Assembly: GCA_950097015.1 (NCBI GenBank)
Contig: CATNEN010000012.1
Coordinates: 1,488,001-1,552,000 of the forward strand
Reading direction: 5' to 3'
Source: Macrostomum hystrix
Lineage: Eukaryota; Animalia; Platyhelminthes
DNA: 64,000 bases
The notes beneath the pieces were generated by a model that did no database searches, was not told the origin of the DNA, and saw nothing but the letters and a program-made list of their open reading frames with translations. Below, one piece after another: positions 49,925 to 62,200 of this stretch; within the stretch, counting starts at the first letter, position 1; each line of letters opens with the position of its first letter. A program made the translations under genes and the position numbers.

Positions 49925-51634
49925 ATGGCGGCAGCGGCCAGCAGCGGCCGGAATGAGTACGGCTGCTCGGTACAGGAGCTGCGGACTCTCATGGAGTGCC
50001 GCGGGCACGAGGCCGTCGAGAAGCTGCAGACCGACTATGGCGGAGTTGACGGTCTCTGCAAACGGCTAAAGTCTTCCCCACAAATTGGTGAGTAATAATA
50101 TAGCTATTGTTTGTCTGGAAACTGGGGTCGGCAAGCTTGTTTGCGTGCGGGCCACGGAGAGAACCTTAAAGACGACAGCGGGCCGCATCGACTGTAGGAA
50201 AATGAGAAAGAATAGAGATAAGTCACGGGGGAGATGAGACACGGGATTGATGAGACAGGGGATAGATGAGACACTGGATAGATGAGACAGGGGAGAGATA
50301 AGTCACGGGATAGATGAGACACGGAATGGATGAGACACGGGATAGATGAGACACGGGATAGATCAGACACGGGATAGATGAGACACGGGATGGATGAGAC
50401 ACCGGATAGATGAGATACGGGATAGATGAGACACGGGATAGATGAGACAGAGAAGAGATGAGACAGGGGAGACAGGAGAGACGAGGAAGTGAAGAGATGA
50501 GACAGGGGAAGATGAGACAGAATATAATTGGTGTTGAAAGGGCAACGGGCGGGGTTTGGAGCTTCGAGGGCCGCATCAAGAATGACCAACTTTCTTAGAA
50601 ATCAGTCCTAGAAAACTACTGTGAACTGATTGCTTTTCCGATTTTTTTATATTTTACAAGAAATATCTCATTTCTTTTGAAAACGTCAGCGCATGCTCAC
50701 TTTTGGTTGTCTTGGAGACTAAAAGATCAAGACGAAGCGTCTGATTGCAAGAAAATAAAACGCTATTTAAATAAAAACTCAACAAAAACGCTGTTCGCAT
50801 GACTGCAGAGAGAAGCTGGCGAGTGAAAGTGATGAGGGTCCGAGTGAGTAGAGAAGAGCAATGGAGCACGGATAAATGATTTCCGTGCCATTTCGTGCCG
50901 TCGACATTTGAGAGCTGCTCAGCCAGTGGCGTGACTGCCTAACTGACTGATTCAACTCTGGCTCCACGATGGCTTTTGAATTGGCCGGCGCTCAGTAGGC
51001 TCAGAATAAGGCCGCTAGTTCGGCCTATCGACACACCGGAGGCGGAGGCAAGCTGGGCTTGAAGAAATTAAATGGACGAAACGAAAGTGTGAATGGAAGC
51101 GAAGAAAAGAAGCAGACAAGAAGATGGCCGGGCTCGATGCCCCCCTTGCGAATCGAGCGGAGGGTTTCTTGGGGATCCTTGGCGTGGACAACCCCGGACG
51201 ATCTCACGCATCGACTGACCGGGGATGAGGATGCCAGAGCTAGGGGGGACGCTGGTAGGCGAGACTCAGGAAGGGAAAGTCCAATCGAGAGGTCCAGTCA
51301 ACGACCGTGGGGGAGGGGGCAGAGGGCTCTGGCAAATCTATCGACTTCTCTTCCTTCAGCTGCCGACTATAGCTGAAGAAGATTTGAGGCACGCATCGAG
51401 CCGTCTCACCCGCCTCCATCTCAAGCAGCCCCTCTTTCTGCCTTTCTCTAAAGTCTAAGCAATTAACACGAGCCTGGCCCTGAGCCCAGGGGCGCCAGAG
51501 GCAGACAGAAAAAACGATGAACGAGCCCCGTTTTGAAAAAAACGTATATGACAGGGTGCTGTCTATGTTGCTAATATGCTGCTAATATGCTGCTGCTGCT
51601 GCTGCTACTGCTACTGCTGCTGCTTCTGCTGCTA

Positions 51635-51666
<32 letters not shown>

Positions 51667-51682
51667 GGTGGTACTGCTGCTG

Positions 51683-51716
<34 letters not shown>

Positions 51717-53058
51717 GCAATTAGCACCTCGCGTGACGCAGGGTCGCGCGAGCCAGTGCAATCACGCCGGCTGGGTTGGAACCCAGCACCGGCAGTGGGG
51801 ACCGCGGAGTGCCAAAAATCTGTGCCCGCCTCGTGTAGAGGGCCGGGCAGTCACAAAGCCAGTGGGTGAGCGTCTCGGGTTCCTCGGCGCACCGGTTGCA
51901 GAGGGCAGAAACGGCAGGGTCCAGGACGGCGCGGTAGGCCCTGAGCTCCATGGAGTGGCCGGAGTGGAGTTGGGAGTCCTTGAGGACGCGTTGGCAGACA
52001 GCGGCGGCAGCGCGGAACGAGACGGGGGCGGCGGGAGAGGGCAGCGCGCAGCCTGTTTTGGCCAGCCGGTCGGCGTGTTCGTTGCCCGGGATGCCGCAGT
52101 GACCAGGCACCCACTGGACTACGAGGTCCGCATCAATCGCGGCCAGCGCCTGCAGGGCGTGGCCGATGTCGCGGTTGTGAGCGCTGAGGGCGTCGACCAG
52201 GCTGCGGCTGTCGGAGCAAATGATGACGGGCGGAGGGGGCTTAGCCTTGGTGTACACCCAAATCAGCGCGGCGACCAGAGCAGCGACCTCCTCGTCATAG
52301 CTGGACGTGACTGGTGAACCGCGGCGGGCCTCGGCGTGGATGACCGTCGCGTTGGCCGGATCGCCCTCCGTAACCACGAAGGCGTGGCCCCCGGCTAGCG
52401 TCCCGCCGGTCGCGGAACCGTCGGTGTAAATAGTCCAGGCCGTCGGGGACAGCGAGGCAGCGAGCATCCGGATCCGGTCGATGGCAGTGCTGCGGATGAG
52501 GTTCGGCTCGGAGGGCAAGGCCGATGTCGACAGGTTGCGGCAAGATTCGCTAAGCCACGGTTGCCAGGCCGGCGCAGCGTAGTCCATCACAGACTTGATA
52601 AGGGCATTGAAGACAGTGCGGAGCTTCTCCTTGCGCCAGCCCCAGTCCTGAGAGGCGAGGGCGGCCAGCACGTTGCAGCGGGCGCGGGCCTTGGTGATGA
52701 CGTCGCGAACGTGAGGGCCGAAGCTCAAGGTCCTATCGAGGATGACACCAAGGAAGCTCCACCGCAAGGGGCGAGCCATCGAGTAGGACCTGAGGCTGCA
52801 AAGCCGCTTCACTGGCGTTGTTGGAGAACAGGGTGATGACGCTTTTCGAGGCGTTCAGGGTGAGCTTCATTTGGCGGCTCCAGTTGGCCACTGCTGCTGC
52901 TGCTGCTGCTGCTGCTGGTACTGCTACTGCTGCTGCTTCTGCTACTGCTACTGCTACTGCTGCTGCTGCTACTGCTGCTGCTGCTGCTGCTGCTACTGCT
53001 ACTGCTGCTGCTTCTGCTGCTACCGCTGCTGCTGCTGCTACTGCTACTGCTGCTGCTG

Positions 53059-53096
<38 letters not shown>

Positions 53097-53125
53097 ACTG
53101 CTACTGCTGCTGCTTCTGCTGCTAC

Positions 53126-53210
<85 letters not shown>

Positions 53211-56200
53211 GCTGCTGCTACTGCTACTTCTGCTGCTTCTGCTGCTTCTGCTACTGCTGCTGCTGCTGCTACTGTTACTGCTGCTGCTGCTGCTGCTGGT
53301 ACTGCTGCTGCTTCTGTTGCTACTACTGCTGCTGCTGCTGCTTAAACTGGTTATTGAATTGAAATCCATTGATCTTCCAATTTTTTCAGACCCATCTGTA
53401 TTGTGCTGATTCTGTTTCAGTCCGATATAATAACCCAATGTGTCTTCTCATTTTTTTCATTGTTTTATTAACTCTAGTTCAAATATCAAGTGGCCCCACT
53501 CTCTTGCACTTTTAGCGCAATCCTCTTGGGCGCATTGGGGACGCTTTCGAAATGAAAATGAAGTCCCAACCCTGTCCACCATCTAAGTAATTCAACTATA
53601 GGAATAATCATTCACATTGTTCTGTGTCCGCGAAAGAGTATACCAATCCTGGGGGTTTGTGGCAAGGCTGGTCTTCGCCAGTGGAGATATAAATCACGCT
53701 TCCCTAGTAGCAGTCAGTTTTCCCTATGGGAATAACTGCGGCCAGCTGGAAGCAGTTCGGTTGTTGGCAGAGAGACAGACAGGGGTAGATAGCGCACTTC
53801 CAATGTCCATTTCCTGCACTGAGCGAAGTTCAGAGACGCTAAACACCACACCAAACTCATCCTATCTCAAGTCATGATCAATAACTCCCGGCGCTTCCTT
53901 ACCTGCGCCGCCCGAGTAATTCTCCTGGGATCTGGGACAAAATCGAATCCCATAATAATATATACAGGGAGAAGCATTGCAGAGACACGCAGTGTCCGAG
54001 GGCAGAGCAAATATTTGCCATCTCAGAAGGAAAATGGCGAGTGAGACAGCGGCATGGCCAAAGAGATTGGACCTACAATGTTTGTCACCCCTGTTAGACA
54101 TGTCACAATTTCAGTGGGCCTTGTAAACACTAGCTATTGTGGCTAGTAGTAGCACTGTAGAATGCTGAGCTGAGCTCATTACGAGCGCAATGAGTTGGCA
54201 ATTTGAATTTGCCCTCCCAATTTGTTAATTCTCAATCTCCCTCGCTATCTATCTCTGCCTGGCTGTCTGATTGACTGCCAACCCAATTCTCCTCACAAAA
54301 CTGAGGCTCACACTTCACTCGAACAAAAAATTGGTTCTTCACAATTTGGGGCCATTCGTTTCATTTGATGGAAGCAGAATTTTGTGCTGTTTTTTTTCCA
54401 GCCTAAATTATAAATAACGAATCAATTATTAACGGAACCAAAGCGTGACAATGTAATTTCGTCGAAAAATTCATTGTCCATGCAGGCATCAACGAAACTG
54501 AAGTGCCCGATAGGAAGCAGGCCTTCGGCGCCAATGTTATACCACCGAAGCCGCCCAAGACCTTCCTGCAATTGGCGTTCGAGGCTATGCAGGACTACAC
54601 TCTCATTATGCTCATTGTGTGCGCCATCGTGTCGTTGGGCATCTCGCTATATCAGAAGTGTAAGCTGCCCGACTGTTGCAGGGAGCGATGGGTGATTATT
54701 GCAGGGAGTGAAGGGTGATGATTTCAGGGAGTGATGGGTGATGATTGCAGGGAGTGAAGGGTGATGATTGGAGGGAGTGATGGGTGATGATTGCAGGGAG
54801 TGAAGGGTGATGATTGCAGGGAGTGAAGGGTGATGATTGCAGGGAGTGATTGGTGATGATTGCAGGGAGCGAAGGGTGATGATTTCAGGGAGTGATGGGT
54901 GATGATTTCAGGGAGTGAAGGGTAATGATTGCAGGGAGCGAAGGGTGATGATTGCAGGGAGTGAAGGGTGATGATTTCAGGGAGTGATGGGTGATGATTG
55001 CAGGGAGTGAAGGGTGATGATTGCAGGGATTGAAGGGGTGATTGCAGGGATTGAAGGGGTGATTGCAGGGATTGAAGGGGTGATTGCAGGGATTGAAGGG
55101 GTGATTGCAGGGATTGAAGGGGTGATTGCAGGGATTGAAGGGGTGATTGCAGTCTCAAAACTCTATCCCATCCAAACCCACTCAAACCCAGTCCGCAGCA
55201 AGTCTCCAGACGAACCGCACGGCGACGACAGCGAAGAGCAGGCCGGCTGGATTGAGGGCGTCGCCATCGCCTTCGCCGTCATTGTCGTAGTGCTCGTGAC
55301 TGCTTTCAACGACTGGAGCAAGGAGCGCCAGTTCCGCGGCCTTCAGGCTAAGCTGGAGCAGGAGCACCTGTTCGATGTCATCCGCCACGGCCAGGTGTCA
55401 AAGGTGCTTGTCAACGACATTGTTGTTGGCGACATCTGCCAGGTGAAATACGGTGACGCCCTGCCAGCCGATGGTATTATCATCCAGAGCAACGACCTGA
55501 AGGTGGACGAGAGCAGCCTGACTGGAGAGAGCGACCACGTCAAGAAGGGCGAAGATCGAGATCCAATCCTGCTGTCCGGTGAGTGACGTCAGTGGCACTG
55601 GCTGACAGAATGACACCGACTGACAGAATGACACTGACTGACAGAATGACACTGACTGACAAAATGACACCGACTGACAGAATGACACCGACTGACAGAA
55701 TGACACTGACTGACAAAATGACACCGACTGACAGAATACACTGATTTACAGAATACTCTGATTTACAGAATACACTGATTTACAGAATACACTGATTTAC
55801 AGAATACACTGATTTACAGAATACACTGACTGACTGACAGTTCGTGCCTGACAAAAGTATAATAAGTAATGCAAATATGCGTGTAATATGTAAAGCAAGG
55901 TCAGGGTTTTGAAAGCGAATAGAAAATAAGTCGACTGGGGTAGGGCTGACAAAGTTTGAACAATCCAATGAGTGGGGAAGCTTCTAAGAGGCGATGGCAC
56001 TTTGGCGAAGCCCAGGAACAGACAGGGAGATCTATTGACTTTGCCATTGGGCTGGAAGATTGTTTGAACAAAGATTCAGCTTTTCGCCCGGCTGGCAGGG
56101 CATGCAGTGCTCCCAACCCTCCGGTACCCACCTCCTCTCCCCGCGGAGCACATGTCGATGGCGCGACGCACTTCCTCCCGCCTCCGCCTTCATCCGGAAT

Positions 56201-59200
56201 GGCTCTGGGAGGCTGGAGTCATATAGAATCATCTCTCCTTCTGCTACGACGCGCTGAGAAAAGGCAATTATATAGGATTGGTCTCCAACTGCCGCCAGCC
56301 TGTCAGTCTTCCTGTTGGGCCATGATGGGATTTCAGGGGGAGGGGAGATGAGGGGAAACGCGTGAGAGCTGCTTCTTCCCATCGCGGCAGCACCAGTCGG
56401 AGCCTTAATTAGGACTACTTTTCCTTACTTTTTGCTTTTTGCACCTTTCCCTTCGCCCGGTCCCTGCCACCGCTGCTGGTGCCCGCTTTTGCTATTTTTT
56501 CTTCTTTAAAAGTTCAATACTTGAAAGCCCGGCTAGAAGATGGAGACGATGAGGGAATGAAAGTGAAATGCTTCTGTCGCCACACTGGCGATCTACTCTA
56601 CCCTCCCGGGTCGTGTTAGAATTCACTTTCAGCTTGGCCTTAGAAAAGCTTTGCAAATCGATGCTAGTCTGTATGTATGATGTGTTTTTGTGCAACCAGG
56701 GCGTGTGACTGCTGCACCACTATGGTGTCGAAGTACTGTGTTTAAAACTTGCCTTTGTTCCTATAAATTCTCACTTATTTATGATTCAGGATGTTTCATT
56801 CAAGTGAACCTAAACCAACCCCATACATTAAGGTCCATAACCCCAGCTGCCCTAGTTAGCCCAAACACACCATAACCCCCAATATGTCACATTCTAAACA
56901 GCGTTCCATAGACACCCCAGCTCTGCCGCCTAGTTAGCCCAAACACCAACCCCCCAATATGTCACATTCTAAACAGCGTTCCATAGACACCCCAGCTCTG
57001 CCGCCTAGTTAGCCCAAACACCAACCCCCCAATATGTCACATTCTAAACAGCGTTCCATAGACACCCCAGCACTGCCGCCTAGTTAGCCCAAACACCAAC
57101 CCCCCAATATTTCACATTCTAAATAGCCTTCCATAGACACTCCAACTCTACCACCCAGTTAGCCCAAACACCAACCATGGAAAATATCGCATTTAAAGTA
57201 CACGGCAAGAAATTTTTCACCATCACCCACGATTTTCTCAGGCACAAACGTCATGGAAGGCTCCGGTCGCATGATAGTCACGGCTGTGGGCATCAACTCG
57301 CAGGCTGGCATCATCTTCAGCCTGCTTGGCGCCACCGGCGACGCGGACGAAGGCGACGGCGGAAAGCAGGCTCCAGCTGCTCAGCCCCAGAAGAGGACGA
57401 CCAATGATAAAGCAAACGGTAGGTTGACTCTCTGACCTAGATTTTTTTGTTTTATTAGGAATTTGTACATTTTTCTAAAGGGGAAAATGTACAAATTTAT
57501 TCCATCATTGTTATACGATTGGTTCACTCTTTCAGCTGATCAAAGGGAGCCACGTAAGACCAATATCCCTTCCTAGATTCTTCGAAATTTATTTATGTTT
57601 ACAAGCTTGTGTGCGTCTGCAACTGCATCTTGTGTCATGTTTTCCAGCAAGTACTAATCTGCAACAATCCCTGCTATAGTGTAACAATACCAGTGCGACT
57701 CACAGCACAATGACGGCGGTTGCCTTCTCCTCATCTCCTCAGTCACCTTCTCCTCACTCCTGTCATCTTTCCTTCCCTCATTCATCTCTCACCCATCTCC
57801 TAATCTTCCTCATTACTCTCTCTGACCCATCTTCTAATCTCCTTCATTACTCTCTCTGACCCATCTTCTAATCTCCCTCATTACTCTCTCTGACCCATCT
57901 TCTAATCTCCCTCATTACTCTCTCTGACCCATCTTCTAATCTCCCTCATTACTCTCTCTGACCCATCTCCTAATCTCCCTCATTACTCTCTCTGACCCAT
58001 CTTCTAATCTCCCTCATTACTCTCTCTGAACCATCTTCTAATCTCCCTCATTACTCTCTCTGACCCATCTTCTAATCTCCCTCATTACTCTCTCTGACCC
58101 ATCTCCTAATCTCCCTCATTACTCTCTCTGACCCATCTTCTAATCTCCCTCATTACTCTCTCTGACCCATCTTCTAATCTCCCTCATTACTCTCTCTGAC
58201 CCATCTCCTAATCTCCCTCATTACTCTCTCTGACCCATCTTCTAATCTCCCTCATTACTCTCTCTGACCCATCTTCTAATCTCCCTCATTACTCTCTCTG
58301 ACCCATCTCCTAATCTCCCTCATTACTCTCTCTGACCCATCTTCTAATCTCCCTCATTACTCTCTCTGACCCATCTTCTAATCTCCCTCATTACTCTCTC
58401 TGACCCATCTTCTAATCTCCCTCATTACTCTCTCTGACCCATCTCCTAATCTCCCTCATTACTCTCTCTGACCCATCTTCTAATCTCCTTCATTACTCTC
58501 TCTGACCCATCTTCTAATCTCCCTCATTACTCTCTCTGACCCATCTTCTAATCTCCCTCATTACTCTCTCTGACCAATCTTCTAATCTCCTTCATTACTC
58601 TCTCTGACCCATCTTCTAATCTCCCTCATTACTCTCTCTGACCCATCTTCTAATCTCCCTCATTACTCTCTCTGACCCATCTTCTATTCTCCCTCATTAG
58701 TCCCTTCGCTTCTTACTTTCGTGAATCTACCTTTATTGGTGTTCTGGAAAGTTACTATCTAGGTCTGAGACGATTATGTCGTTATGTAAATATAAGAGAA
58801 TGGCCACTCTAAAAATAACATTTCCAAGAATCCTGCTTTAGAAAGCCCTGGCATTAAAGCCATACTTCAGTATCCCTTCCTCATCAAGCCGTTGGGGACA
58901 GTATATTCTGCTGGCAAAAGCGAGTTTTTTTAGCTAAGCCTAGGCATTGTAGCGTGATCCTAATGCTGCGATAGTTCTTTGAGGGATAGGCTTTGGGCAG
59001 CTCTTTCTCAAACCAAGGATCAAAGAGGCCGCTAGGTAAATAATCTTGTTTTTTTGCTTAGAGTAGGACGACGAGAAAGCCAGGATTTGAGTAAAAAACT
59101 GAGCATAGACGCTGAGCCGATTCTCGAAATCTTTTTCATCATCTGATCAGCTCGACACCGCAGTGGATTGTCCAGCCTCTGTCATCCGGCTCCTGACTCC

Positions 59201-62200
59201 CTGCTGCCCTGAGGCATGGGGTACAACTGAATGCACAATCAATACAATTGGGAATAGGGGGTGGGAGAATGGGAGAAAGGAGATGGAAATAGTGAGCATA
59301 GAGGAGGGATTGTGTAAAGAGGGAGCGTAGAGGAGAGATAGGGTAAAGAGGGAGCGTGGAGGAGAGATAGGGTAAAGAGGGAGCGTGGAGGAGAGATAGG
59401 GTAAAGAGGGAGCGTGGAGGAGGGATAGGGTAAAGAGGGAGCGTAGAGGAGAGATAGGGTAAAGAGGGAGCGTGGAGGAGAGATAGGGTAAAGAGGGAGC
59501 GTGGAGGAGGGATAGGGTAAAGAGGGAGCGTAGAGGAGAGATAGGGTAAAGAGGGAGCGTGGAGGAGAGATAGGGTAAAGAGGGAGCGTGGAGGAGAGAT
59601 AGGGTAAAGAGGGAGCGTGGAGGAGAGATAGGGTAAAGAGGAAGCGTGGAGGAGAGATAGGGTAAAGAGGGAGCGTGTAGGAGAGATAGGGTAAAAGGGG
59701 AGAGTGAGGTAGGTAAAGGTAGCTAAAGGTGAAGGGAGAGAGGTAGAGCTGAAAGAGGGTAGGGTAGAGAAGGTGAATAGGAGAGAGGTTAGATGGTTGA
59801 CGGAAATACTGACAAAAGTATAGGCCAGAATTCTGAAAATCTATCATCGGCAAGGTTTGTTGTCCCATAAGTAACACAGTAGAATGGGATTTCCAGTAAA
59901 ACACGGTTACTCGAAATCCGCCTAATTCGGAATGGTTAATGAGCAAACTGTCTAGTGGCGGAGGTTGGCAATAAATAATTTACAAGGCGACCTTGTTCCT
60001 AGTCGCCGCTCATCCGCTGATTCGAGGCCCAGGAGATTATCAAGGGCGAGACGGCGAGATTTAGTAGTCGCCGGGATTTGGGGTAAAACAATTCGGCCAG
60101 GAATAGGTAGGGGCTGGCTAAGGTTTCGTGCAGTGCAGTGCATGAGGCGCCGAAACAAGTTGTCGCTGATTGCAGATTTCCACCATGCCTCATTTGTTGC
60201 CCGGCGGGACAGAAATGCTGAAGAGAGTTTCCCTGCTCGCAGCTGCTTGCGGGATTAATTCTCTGGCGGCACGCCACCCCCACCACCCCCTACGCAGCTT
60301 CCCGCCGTCTCATCTGCACCCCGTCTGATCCTTTTCCGGTGTGGTCTGTCCTTCGCTCAAGGTTATCTCCCCGACTGCGTTTCTCGGCCAGCACGGCACC
60401 GCATTAATTACGGAATCCCAGTCGATTCCCAACCCTGCCGGGAGTCCTGATGCTTGCGGAGAGACGGGTAGCGGGGCAAGGCAGCACTTTCTGGGGGCTG
60501 TGACCGGGACTAGAAATTGAATCTCGGTTTGCCCACCTGGACTACCGGTCCAGCCTTGGTGGGGCGGGAAATGGTATAATTACAGATTGAACAAGATTTT
60601 TTCAGACACAATATATAAGCATTTATAAATAATGATAATGATAACCTCCTTTCTAGTGCTCAGCCAAGGTGAGCAGATCGCCCACCCCATGCTCTTCTTC
60701 TGTTGCATCTGTCTGATTACCTCTCTTCTATTTCTCGTATTTCTAACTGAATTGTGGCTCGGATTTCTTCATTTATAAAAAATCTATTGCATTTTAATTT
60801 GATTATTTAAATTTTGTTCTCATTAAAATTCACTTTGATTTTCAAATCTACTTTGATTGATTGTCAACGAAAAGTTTGTTTGAGTTCTGGTACTAACGAG
60901 GTGGCCAAATGCATGAGTTAATCGAGTGTCTTCTTGCAGATTCATTTTAGTCTATCATGCTTATAGCGTGAAACACACTTTGGGTTGCATCAGAAATTCT
61001 GTTGACACAGTGCCTCAGACACTCTGCTGACACAGTGACTCAGACACTCTGCTGACACAGTGCCTCAGACACTCTGCTGACACAGTGACTCAGACACTCT
61101 GCTGACACAGTGCCTCAGACACTCTGCTGACACAGTGCCTCAGACACTCTGCTGACACAGTGACTCAGACACTCTGCTGACACAGTGCCTCAGACACTCT
61201 GCTGACACAGTGCCTCAGACACTCTGCTGACACAGTGACTCAGACACTCTGCTGACACAGTGCCTCAGACACTCTGCTGACACAGTGCCTCAGAAACTCT
61301 GCTGACACAGTGCTGACCATCCCACCGCTCGATCTTTTCAGAGCCCGAAGCCGTTCAGCTGACCGCCGTTGGAGGCGCCGCGGCCGGATCTTCGCCAGCC
61401 GGCGGAGACGGTGGCACAAACCACGTTGAAGAGGAGGAGAAAAAGAAGAAGTATTCGTCCTCCAAGGAGAAGAGCATTCTGCAGGCCAAGCTCACCAGCC
61501 TGGCCATTCGCATTGGCAACGTCGGTTCGCTGATTGGCGCCGTGACCTTCATTGTCCTGATCGTGAAGTACTGCGTTCTCACATTCGCCAAATCTCCAAC
61601 CGGCCAGGGCCTTGACATGAACTTCGCTCGCGATCTGCAGAAGTTTATCGATTTTGTCATCATCTCCGTGACCGTTATCGTGGTCGCCGTGCCCGAAGGT
61701 CTGCCGCTGGCTGTCACACTCTCGCTGGCTTACTCCGTAAAGAAGATGATGAAGGACAACAATCTGGTGCGACATCTGGACGCATGCGAGACAATGGGAA
61801 ACGCTACTGCCATCTGCTCAGACAAGACTGGCACCCTCACCACCAACCGAATGACCGCCGTGCAGGTCTACCTGGGAGGTGAGCGTCTCAATAGGGCTGC
61901 TACTCAAAATCTGCTGTCTCAAAAACTGGTGCTCAAACCAGTGCTACTCAAAATCTGCTGTCTCAAAAACTGGTGCTCAAACCAGTGCTACTCGAAATCT
62001 GCTGTCTCAAAAACTGGTGCTCAAACCAGTGCTACTCAAAATCTGCTGTCTCAAAAACTGGTGCTCAAACCAGTGCTACTCAAAATCTGCTGTCTCAAAA
62101 ACTGGTGCTCAAACCAGTGCTACTCAAAATCTACTGTCTCAAAAACTGGTGCTCAAACCAGTGCTACTCAAAATCTACTGTCTCAAAAACTGGTGCTCAA

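Noticed and set aside
52809-53438. Poly-Ser, poly-Ala and poly-Cys ORFs
   Set aside because: These are translations of the (CTG)n microsatellite.
56700-56732. 33-nt frame-preserving AG...GT segment in a PMCA intron
   Set aside because: The splice sites are weak, and it would interrupt the conserved LLSG|TNVMEG motif.
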